Assembly: GCF_964355755.1 (NCBI RefSeq)
Contig: NC_092671.1
Location: 38,822,304 to 38,886,303 of the forward strand
DNA: 64,000 nucleotides
Reading direction: 5' to 3'
Source of the DNA: Antedon mediterranea
Lineage: Eukaryota > Animalia > Echinodermata
The notes below the pieces were generated by a model. It was not told where the DNA came from. It worked only from the letters and a program-made list of their open reading frames with translations, and did not search any database. A program made the translations under genes and the position numbers. Positions 38,501 through 49,800 of the stretch are shown here, piece by piece (within the stretch, counting starts at the first letter, position 1; every line of letters begins with the position of its first letter).

Positions 38501-41119
38501 AACTCCACTGGTAACAAATATGATTTATCAATCATACAGGAAAATACTTATGCTTCTAGATCTTGCTTAATAAAAGGTACTGTATACAGAATGGGGCTGT
38601 AAAACAAACAAGTTACAGTACCTTTGGACTTAACCTTAGTGTTACCATCCACGTCAGTACTGACACCGTCTGTACGTCCAAGCTGAGCAGCCTCTAGTTT
38701 CTCAGTCAATGCTTCAACTTTATCTTGCACTGTAACAAAACAAACAAAATCGTTTAAAAAAAAATCTTCTTATAAAACAATTAATAAACTAATGTCTGTA
38801 AAGCTCTGTCTACAGTATCAAACTTTATGTGACAAAACAATGTGATGTGCCCGTATATGGACATGATGATGTCATATCACTACCATATTTGGGGATATCA
38901 CTACTACTACTATTTGGACACATCACACTTTTTTTGTCAAACTAGTTTGATAGTGTACTGTAAACAAAGCTTTAGACTTTGCACATTGAAATAAAACATT
39001 AGTATGTACACATCATATATCTGTATTATAACATTAGGATGTCTACTTTACATTTTAGATGTACTGTATGTGCTTACGATTTGAGCATGTGCTTATATTT
39101 GATATTACGATGTGTTCTTGAAAATGGGTAGATCAAGACACAACTTTGCACTGATTAACTAGTTGTAGTATCTTTCCATACGTGTTTAATCCAAAAAATG
39201 ACTGGGGTGCGGTTTAGTTATATTTAGGAAGTAGTTCGGCTATGTTTTACACAAGGTGTGCCCAACTTATGTACAAAAAGAAATATCGAGACCGGGTAAT
39301 AATGTGACGCACTTAGAAGCAAAAAACACTATATAAGAACGAATATTATTATAATTTGAAGTTACCCTTGATATTGTATTATTGAGGTATATGTTGTGCA
39401 TACATTCTGAGCATGTGCTTATTTAACATTACTGATACATCAAAACATGTATTTTTATTTTAGAATTTTGCCATTAACTCACTCTACTTATACACAAATA
39501 TTACCACGCTAAGGTTCACTGCTTATTTGCAATTATGACCATATTGTAAAAATCACAATCATATTTTTCAGGATTTAAAAATGTTTCTAAAAAATCATCC
39601 GACTAAAAACAAATAAATCAATAACCATAATGGAGTGATTATTGAGTGCATCATCACTTGGAAGAATATTGGAGACCGATAATTTGTCATTAATAATCAA
39701 AAACCATTTTGCAAAACTGCATAGATAGGCACCTTATCAAGAATAACTTATGGCGTAATGTGTTTTAGAGAATTATTTAAAGCACTCATAAATAATGAGG
39801 ATTAGTTGCCAATATTATTTTTTTAAAATTTATATTATACTATGTCAGTATCTAAACAGAAAAGGGTGAAGATGTTTATTTTAAATTACAGTATTGTGCA
39901 AAGATACAGTAAGGAAACTCATCACTGAGAAATAATTGAGCCTGTTAATGCTGTATTATTATTATTATTATTATTATTATATCAAAATTTATAAAGCGTC
40001 AATTCAAAGACCGAGGCACAAAATCAAAGGCGCTGGGCATGTTAGTGGTCGAAAAAATGAGTTTTGAGCAATTTTTTAAATAAGGCAACAGAAGAGCAGT
40101 GTTTAATTTGTGGGGGGAGTGAATTCTCAATCCAACACATAAGAATTATTTGAGGAAACAAAACTAGAGAATGAACTGGGCAACATCAAAGTAATGGGAA
40201 CAAGAAAATAGCCGATGTATCTCTTTAAAATTAGATTAATAATTAAATATTAGGAAAAAAAAAAAAATTCAGAACAGTACATTTTTAAAACTTACTTAGT
40301 GTCATATTTGATGCAGTAAATGAAATAACAATAACCCTCCTGACCCATGGTGGTGGTGAAAATGTGATGTGCCCATATATGGACATGATGATGTCATACC
40401 ACTGCCATATTTAAGCATATCACTACCATTATTTGGGCACATCTCAACTAGTTTGATAGTGTAGACAAAGCTTTAGAGTAGGACTCTCTTTAACAAACGC
40501 ATTTAATTAATACCACCCTCTAAATACAGTGAAGAGTGAGTGAGAGGCCGAGCGGTTAAGACAGTGGAACCGTAATTACGTAGCCATAACATCGGCAGGG
40601 GTTCGAGGCTCACTCACTCCATGGTTCTGGTGGTAGAACGAGTCTTCTCGGATAAGGACTATAAACCGTAGGTCCAGTGTACACATCTAGCTTGTGTGCA
40701 CTTTAAAGAACCTAGTACATCTTTCGAGACGAGTAGGGGGTTACCTCGGTGTACTAGTACATCACAGCCACTGATCAACAACTGGGACCCCTGTGAGACC
40801 AGTCTTTGACTGAAGAGGTTACCCAGTATAAATATATATTTCAATACGAGCCCAACAAGTCAACAAGGACATCTTTTAGAGTCAACCAGACAAATATTCC
40901 TTTCTTCAACAACTTACATGCTAAATTTTCTGCATAAACCCCCTCAAATTCATGCTCGATTTGCTCGAACAACTTCTGAAGTCTTGAGCGAATTTCAATT
41001 GGTAGAATGCTGTCATTTTCATAGACACGATGTCGAAGTCCTCCGTCTCTGGAGCTGTGTGAACGCCGGATTGAAAGCCGCTGTTTGCTAGCCTTTTTCA
41101 TGCTCCCTTCAGTAGGCAT
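32547..41119 (-). CDS. WDR37: WD repeat-containing protein 37, ~481 aa (495 with optional 42-nt exon)
   Basis: Exons 41119-40918 (MPTEG...[10 protein letters not shown]), 38729-38622, 37327-37272, 37053-36918 (GHQDGVWEV), 36569-36453, 35945-35869, 35305-35248, [34907-34866], 34786-34610 (VTASWDR), 34248-34107 ([34 protein letters not shown]), 33856-33722, 33419-33305 ([11 protein letters not shown]), 32669-32547 ([13 protein letters not shown]). All phases consistent. Confidence 0.96.
34303..34545 (+). mobile_element. SINE family 1 copy (internal deletions)
   Basis: A/B boxes and body match. Confidence 0.8.
35458..35772 (+). mobile_element. tRNA-derived SINE, family 3 (CORE-like centre, L2-like tail)
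   Basis: TGGCGCAGTG A box, GGTTTGAATCC B box, ccttaggcaagacacttt...tgcctc...tgtataaatggg, tail gcgcttagagg...gcgctatataaat...(tat)n; partial copy ~39120-39352. Confidence 0.75.
36028..36058. mobile_element. 31-bp palindromic transposon footprint with 7-bp target duplication
   Basis: ctcagag [CATGGACCTATAAAT a ATTTATAGGTCCATG] ctcagag. Confidence 0.7.
38802..38971 (+). mobile_element. MITE family A copy
   Basis: TIRs and core. Confidence 0.85.
40535..40845 (+). mobile_element. SINE family 1, full-length copy
   Basis: Highly similar to the 2454 copy. Confidence 0.88.
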
Positions 41120-43184
41120 TTCGAATCTGTTGAAATTAAAGTTTATTAAATAAAATGAAAGTCTGAATGACTAAAAATTAGTATATAGACCTAGGCCTGA
41201 ATCTGTTTTGTCATTGTGGTTGTTTAAAAATAAAAAAACAAATTTCTCTCACTGGAATTAATAATAACGTCTAATAATTCTTAATAAATATTAAAGATAG
41301 ATTTACACTTAGTTGACAGACTTCCCCAAAACAATAGTGGTCTAGCAAAAAACTACATTTCCATTTCTGCCCTATCTACACTGAAATGTTGTGATTTACT
41401 AGGAGGCCTAGCCTAGCTAGTGCCTAGAACTGATGAGAGGGAGGTCTCTATGCGGTCACCCTCTATATGCCTGCAGCCTAGCCTAGCTTTAAAAGGGTTA
41501 CAACCGCAGAAAATGATACTTGCCTGCCGCAAAACGCAATACGATTAGAATATAATATTTATATCAAACAAAAGAATATGAAAAGGTGCTGTTCCTAAAT
41601 CAACTTATCACGATCTTGTTCCATCATCATCCATCATAAATAAATAGATTTGATGAAGATGAAATCGTCGTGTGTCATATCACAAAAAAACAACCATAAC
41701 CTTGTTTTTCTAGATAAAGATGGCTCCCTCAACGATTCTAAACCTCATTAACTTTTTTTTGTGATAATTGTTTTTCTGAAACACTAGAAAACGAGTGTGC
41801 TGCCCTCTATACGAAATAGATAAACAAAATATTAAAACTAATAATATACAGTACTAACAATTATTATCAGTGAAATGTCTCTAATAAATAATAATAATTT
41901 ATTTTGCTTTCCCAATAATTGGGATCTTCGAGTTCTTTGATTAAAATACATATGAGATACAGGAATAGATACTTCTACAGTATACACATCTTGTTCTCTG
42001 TCAGTGTCATATACCGTCCATCTTCCATTTACTCTGCACACAATTATAATTATATAACATAATCTTTGACTGATGGAATTTTGTTCCAACCGCCCCCCCC
42101 CCCCCCTCCCCACCCACTACAGTATTGAGTACAAACCGATATCGTTATTATTCCAATCACCAACATTAATATGGTAGTTAATTATTAGATTTATATCATA
42201 GCTGGAAATCAATTAATTGCATACCATAAACTCCATTCTTTTGCCATTTGATCTGGTTATGATCTTGAATTGTATGCCCTTGATGACCCCTGACCTATTT
42301 TATGGATTTATTATCAACATCACAGTTGCCTCCTATTATTTCTAAATTCTAAAATTTATATTTTTTATGTCTATTTAAATTACCAATATAATTATTACAA
42401 ATTTGAATTATATTATCCAAAAAAAATGTCAATACATTAAAAAAACTGTGAAGAAATTATCGGCTAGAAATAAATCATAAAGCGAAGCACAGCACTGAAG
42501 GCATTAAATATTGAAGTTGACTGTGTGATAACACAGCTCATCCTAAACCAACGGTATCAAAACACCCTAAAGGTCTTTGACCAATAGAGCATGCTCACAA
42601 CACCAATTTCAGTCCGTACTTATATGTTTTAAGCTCGGATATATCATTGATTATGCACACTAAACAATTATTTCTTCTAAAATTCATGTTCCGAATCATT
42701 TAGTATTACGGTACCTATTAACAGATAGCCAGTATGACGAGACGTTTTTACATAGCCCTCTGTCTATATTTAGTAACATTAATTTACTAGGTGACACAGC
42801 AAAGCAATGTGTTGTGGAGCATTCACTCCAAAGAGTAGGTTCGAGTTTATTAACAGTAATGTCATTATAGTTAAGGGTTAATTCCTCCAATAACTAAGAC
42901 AAACAGAACATGATATGCCTTTGTTGCAAATGCCATCCATATCATTAACTCACATCACCATCGATAAAAACTGTAAAATATGTAAATAAAACCTTTTAAA
43001 CTACAACTTTTTAAGCATTTTATCGTATTTTAACTTCCAAATTGTGTATACTTTTTAAACTTAAGATTTGAGCAATAATGTGTGTGTATTTTATTTTTCA
43101 ATTTTTTTTTCTTATATTTTATATATATCTGTTTTTAATTGTACTAATATATTTGCCAATCTTTAAGAAGAATTTCGGCTGTTG

Positions 43185-43769
43185 TTTACCTCCGCCAAGG
43201 AGGTATATGTATGTGTTTGTTTGTTTGCAGGATTACTCAAAAAGTAATTACAAGATCTTTACTAAAATAAATATACAGATATGTGGTCAAGGACCATTAA
43301 ATTTAGGGACCATTTGGGATCATGGTCCCAATTCTGGACCATATTTTGAGTATACTGTTCAGACCTGCTAGTGTTAAAAGATAGGACAGAATTTTTCAAA
43401 AGCCGGCGAGCAGTCTTAAAGTAACAAGTAAACTGAAATTGCATTTTCTCGAGAACTACTTGTCCAAAAAACTTCATTTTTGTACAAGAGGCAAGAGTTA
43501 TAATTTGTGATTTTAAAACATAATTTGATTTAATGTGGACGTTTTTTGATGCGAGTTTTAAAAACCTATTTCTTTTCAAATTCACTCGTTTGATTTTCGT
43601 GTTGCTGTTCTATTGTTAGTCAACTGAAGCTATTGTTAATTGAAAGGCTTGTTACATAACCATTACACCAAACTCGCATACACATGCTTGCAGTGAAATT
43701 AGCCTAAATCACAAACAGCATTATTTTACATTAGGCGGAGGTATGCACTCTCGGAGTGGCTTTCTAGTT
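43185..43769 (+). mobile_element. Non-autonomous Helentron/Helitron2-type element (HINE/DINE-like)
   Basis: 5' TT-TACCTCCGCCAAGGAGGT, (GTTT)n microsatellite, 3' subTIR GGCGGAGGTA, stem-loop CACTC-tcg-GAGTG, then TTTCTAGTT. Confidence 0.8.
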
Positions 43770-44292
43770 TTATATGATAATGGACAAATAAAGCTTTACA
43801 CTATTCAGTATGACTGTAGTCTAGACTCTACTAGGATCTTCTAGGCCTTATTCACCAATCACACAACCATCATTGTAGTATTATGCTTACATCTTTTTTT
43901 TATAACATTTATTTATTATTTTATCTCTCATAACAGGTGTCTAATTAAAGAATTTAATGCTGTGGGTATTAGCATTGACAAAATACCAAGATGATTATTA
44001 ATACTTTAAAAGGTTAATGTCTATTTTAGTCCTTATTGTTTGAAGTGTCTGTTGTGTGATATGACAAATACTACGTCATCGTCAGTTTTAAACATTCTAC
44101 AATTACTTTCATCATTCAGCAGCATATTTTGAAAAATTCTAAGGATATATTTCAGTAGCCATATTCACCAATCACGGGTCAATCACATTTAAGTGAGATA
44201 TTTCTCTTCAATATTATTTCACAATAAGTATATAAGCACTTCCTTTAGATTAATTTAGCCAGGAGATATTATAACGGTAATTATTTCTCTAA

Positions 44293-44457
44293 GGGCCAAT
44301 TTACAAATAGGAGCGGTAAATGTAAGTGGAAAACCATGTAGCTTGTCTATCTATATAACCGCCCGTCCGCTTAACGCTGCGTGTAAATGGTCATAAGGAA
44401 TAATATAGATTCTATATTTTTATTACCGTTACCGCTTGTCTGTGTAAATTGGCCTTT
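44293..44457. mobile_element. Harbinger-like MITE family D
   Basis: Inverted ends GGCCAATTTACA / TGTAAATTGGCC; related copy at ~23050-23172 inside the U12 intron. Confidence 0.65.
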
Positions 44458-45065
44458 AGGCTAAGCTTGAATGGTGAATACGGCCACAGCATTTTAGCTC
44501 GTATCGATTTTTTAAGAAAAACATAACTGAATATTAGTGTTTTGACAACAAAATAAAGCAATGACTAAACCTTCATAGTTTTTATTGCAATTGACAAAAG
44601 CATAATTGAACATACATGGGCTACTAACAAGATCACAAGTGCAACCTTGTATGTTATACAATAGAGCAACAAGCATTAGGAAAAAACTACATTATACATG
44701 GGGTTAGGATACCCCCTCTCCCCACCTTAATGTGGCATCATCCGCTATACAGTACAACTGTGGTAATTTACATAGCCATGGTGAATTAATGGGTTTCAAC
44801 ATGGTAACTCACTTCAGTTGCATTTACAGTACTACAAAAAAAGGTGATTTAACAGGAATTCAACAAGAAATATAGTGTAAAATTATGTTGTTTCCGATAG
44901 TAAGTGTTAATTTTGTCCCCCTTTTTCAATAATAGATGGTGTCGGACCAAACATAACAGTATATCACTGTATTATATCAAAATTGTAGTATACAAGAATA
45001 AAGAGCTACATCAAGAAAACAGCAGTAAAACATGTACTCTATAGTATCATATCCAAAAAGGATAA

Positions 45066-45210
45066 TTACACGACGATGTAATCGCATGACGATGTAAACA
45101 CATGACTAATCACATGACGACGTACTGTAATCACATGACAACGTAATCACACGACAACGTAATCACACGACAACGTAATCACACGACAACGTAATCACAC
45201 GATGACGTAA
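45066..45210. repeat. 16-bp tandem repeat (acgtaatcacacgaca), ~8 degenerate units
   Basis: Seen directly, downstream of the ADAR stop codon. Confidence 0.8.
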
Positions 45211-46896
45211 AATTAACAATTGAATAGTTACACACATTTAATCATACATACAAATTAAAAACTATTAAATTCATTACAAATCTAAAATTAATGAAATTCA
45301 TGAATAGATTAAAAAAATTCACATGCACTTATTTGGTCCTACATAGGTGCAAAACTAATACAAACACAAATACTAACGGATTCTACAATCAATAGATTTG
45401 GAGCTCTACACTATCTCACATTTTTAAATAATATGTAGAGGATACAATAGGTTTATCAATGATAAACACATAGTGGGTATAAAAATTCTTTTGGAAAATG
45501 ATGTTTTGATAATCATCTGAAAATATATGTAGCTAAACCAAAAGATAAAGTCACAGTAATTAACTTAATTAGAATCAACAACGTTGAGTCAAGACAATCT
45601 AACAACAGAACGCTGAGCTCACTTTCCAAGATAGGAACTTTGATCTTATGTCTGGCTGCAACGAATACCACAACAGTACTGTACTATGTACATATTCTCC
45701 GCGATGCGCAGTGTCTGTTAAAGGCCATGGAAATGTCGCAGCCACAGATAAACCCTTTGATCTCTGGAGCTCAGCATCCTTTTATTAGATTGCTTTGGTT
45801 GAATTAACTTATTTTGTACTGGATGAATACTGAAAAAAAATGTTATTATAAATAGTTGAGGAACTAAATGGATTCTTCCATGAGACTATATACTGGTGCA
45901 AAGTACACTATTATAAAACACTCTTAATTTTGTTTAGTTTGATGAGGAACGACGATCAACAGACACTACATTGTACAAACAATTGCAGAAAGAATCATTT
46001 GAGTATTACAGTATAGCTTTGTTTGATGAAGATCTCATTAAAAAATTATTGTGTAAATAAAGTTTATTTTTTTTATTTTATTTTATTTTATTCAATTTCC
46101 AGGTAACATACAAAAATCATAAACAAGGTACGGCATCATTCAATAAAACAGAACAAAAGTACTATCAGCACCTGCGGGTAACCAAAAGTACAATTGTACT
46201 TTTGTTTGAAATTGATAACCATTTCAATTTCAATTCAAATTCAATTGTTGGAAATAGATAACCGTTTCTATTGCAAAAACAACTTGCTAAGACCTCAATT
46301 GAGAGCAGCCCTGCTACTGTAGTGTAGTGTGCAAATAGTGCTAATTTTGCAGGTTTCTTTGCCATTTCCACATGAGTACAAAAGCCCTATACTGTGGATG
46401 AACCACAACCATGTGTTGGTTGACATAACATGCCTAAATACACACTATACAGTCTACAGCTATAATGAGATGAAATTACTATCGACGTTAAATAAGCAAC
46501 TGCAGTGTTTGGTCACAATATGCTTGTTGAATTTTGTAAAACGTACATTATTTTCAGTAAATTATCAAAAACCTTTTAATTTTAACCAGAATATTCAAGA
46601 AATTTCCAGATGCATAAATGAATTTATACAATTTAAAGCTTTGGATCAATAGTATAAATCAATTTATTCAATATTTCAAAAATTGAAATTGAAAAAACAC
46701 AGAATAATTTTAGTCAGAGTCACTTTTTTACAACCAACTCGATAAAATGATGCATTTGTACATGAAATAGGAAAGTATTAAACTTAAAATATTAAAATAA
46801 AAGTCATAATTTTCAGTTTAAAATTCCACATATCTTGATAAAAACAGTGTAGCGTGGTATAAGGAATATGAAAGCGCTCATCCATATCAAAATAGT

Positions 46897-49800
46897 TCAA
46901 AGGTCAAACATATCCTGTTCAATAGGCTTTTTGATCCAGAGTCCTAAACCAGCTTCTTCAAATCCTTTCACTAGTTGCCTCTTCGTCTCTTGGTACTCGG
47001 TAGCCTGGGCTTTTGCGTCGCAATACATCTTGACCTCTTGCTGGTGGTCAACGTAACTCGGGAGTAAACGGTACAATCGTTTGAACGAATAGTACAAAGC
47101 GTACTTCGATAATCTAGAATACTGTTCGTTCTCATCTTTCCCGGTCATCGTGTTGATTACCTCGATTCCGCTGTCCCCGCTCGTCCAGTTGATACTAAAA
47201 TTTGGCGCCTTCCCAGGCTGCCGAGACTCTGCATTGCTGATTCCGCTTAGCATCGGTTTGTTTAACTTGTACTGGCCTGGCAGATTTTCTGAATTCTTCA
47301 TACGTGTGTGGACAGCCCTCAGCAAATGCTCAGCATGGTACAGTGACCCTAATATGATACTGCTTAGGTAGATAGGCTTAACGAAGTGTGATAACAGAGC
47401 TCCTTGTACACCCAGTATATTCCATCTAACAAAACAATAATATAATATTTGTAATTTGATTTTTATTATATCCAAAAACAAAGGGAAAATTACTGGGGAG
47501 GGGGATTGATAATGCTGTGGGTATCAGCGGCTGGATTTCAATATAGATTGAAATCAAATAAGCATTGAAAAAAAAATGACAATGCTGTGGGTATCAGTGG
47601 CTAGATCTCAATGGAGATACAAAATAAAATATGCACTGAAAAAATGACAATTCTGTGGATATCAATGGCTGGATCTGAATGGAGATACAAAATAAAATAA
47701 GCCCTGAAAATTGACAATTCTGTGGATATCAATGGCTGGATCTCAATGGAGACACAGTACATATAAAATAAGCAAAAAGCTAAATCAAAACAAAGTAACA
47801 GCTAAAAATAAATTGCAGAGCTTTCAGGTAATATTACAATAATCCTTCCTCAGTGCAAGTCTTTAATATGTACAGTTTTGTATACCAACTTACTAAGGGA
47901 AACATTTCGAAATAACAAAATAATATATAACATTATGATTACAGAAAATTTTAATTCATGATCAGTATTTAAATACTCCACAGTACAGTATAGAATTTAT
48001 GCAAATTAGACATGATGAATTATAAACTGATGATGCAGAAAAAAAAACACAGAGAGTGTAAGCCACAGATATTGTAACATAAATCATAATACTATTGAGT
48101 GAACTGAGTGAAGTACTGTACTAACATATTCAGCTCACACTGTATAGTAATACCAATTTGGGAGTAACACAAGCTTAACACCAGGGTAGTTATAATACCA
48201 GCAGTATTTTATTTAAGTTCAATCCTGACCTAGTGCCAGGGCTGTAACTCACAACTCTTTCAACTCCACTCCTTAAGCCTCAAATGAGACTTAGTTTTTA
48301 CAGTGATTAAGTATGATAAACAGATAAATTATAAAAATAGTTTATCCTTTGGCGAGTTACTCTCTGTTGGATGAGTACAGTATGAAATAAAAAAATGTTA
48401 AAATGCAATTGTTTTCCTGCTATTAATAACCCTATAGGTTATTGACATCAGTAAACATAGGCTTCTGAAAGTGATTTTGTCTGTTAAACAATAGAATATA
48501 TTGTAATGTATTGCCAATAGTCTAGTCATTGGTTTCGTTTATGCCTGCCACCAGTTTTTAGTTTGTACTCGGATAGGCGTGTTACACGGCAGAAACTCAA
48601 CTGGTGTTAACCGCAAGTCATTGTCCAAAACGACGAGGGCGTATTCTCACGTTCCCTCGACCATCTTTCACTTGTTTTTGCACATTTCACAACCATTAAG
48701 CAAATTTTAAACTCAGACTTAGCTGATGTTTTGGAAATAAACCTCTTTGGAATTTGAATGTCAGAGTGGTAATAAAGCGTGTACACAGACAACATTAAAC
48801 CTCTTTCAACAGTTAATGTGTTTAGTTACATTTTCTCTAATAACTTTTACATTTCAAAGTGTTGTGGAGCATGTTCAATGATATAGGATGTAATAAATAG
48901 TATAATTACACATTCATTTGGCAGGTGGAAGAGGGTCTACGCTTTCTAGAGCAAATCATCGGTGGAAATTAACGGTTGTTATAAAACTAGAGAATAATAA
49001 ATTGTGATATAAATAGCTTTGTAATAATAACAGAACAATGACGACAACAATTAGTTAGTCAAACAAGACAGTAAATTATGAAAAATAGGAACGTATTGTA
49101 TGCACCCTATTATACAGTAGTAAAGCTGTGTGCACTATCAAACTAGTTTGACAAAAAAAAGTGATATGACATGTCCATATTTGGGCACACCACAATTTTT
49201 GTCACATAAAGTTTGATAGTGTAGACCAAGCTTATGTATAGTCCCATGCTCGAATACAATCCCAGGCTACATTGAGACAGTTCAATTTGGTAAATTTCAA
49301 AAATTTATTAAACCCCTTAAAGCCCCCCTTCCCTACGTTTTTTAGATCTAAATTAAGATCACAAACTATATTTAATGTAAAAATAATACTATATGGTCCT
49401 ATTGCGATAACTTTTTTCGTCTTTAAACGGTTAAAAATGTGAAAAATAAGTCGATTCTAATAATTATAGAGGCCCGCTATAAATCCCAAAATGCATTGCG
49501 CGCGGATTGATATTTTTGTTTTTCACCTGTAATTCGCCCACTTTTCGATCGATCGTGAGGCCAAAACAAATGGAAGACTCCTAACTTTTCAGCGAAAATA
49601 CCGGGTTTTCCCCAATTTGTATCAACGGAGTCTGGCAAAAATAGAAAGACAATTAATGCAGTAACTATACAACGTCAGGCTAGGTATATAGCTAGCGTAT
49701 GATGTTCGTACGTTACCGATGTTTACCAGCTAGGCCTACAAAACTAAGCCTAGCTAGGCTAGGCCTAAGACCGTCCACGAGAGGTCGATCGCCGCGAGCT

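Noticed and set aside
41430-41455. CTGATGA followed by a short stem (possible hammerhead)
   Set aside because: No GAAA after the stem and no stem I partner.
46183-46204. Perfect 22-bp palindrome caaaagtacaattgtacttttg in the ADAR 3' region
   Set aside because: Short and AT-rich with no TSD or family match; too weak to interpret alone.
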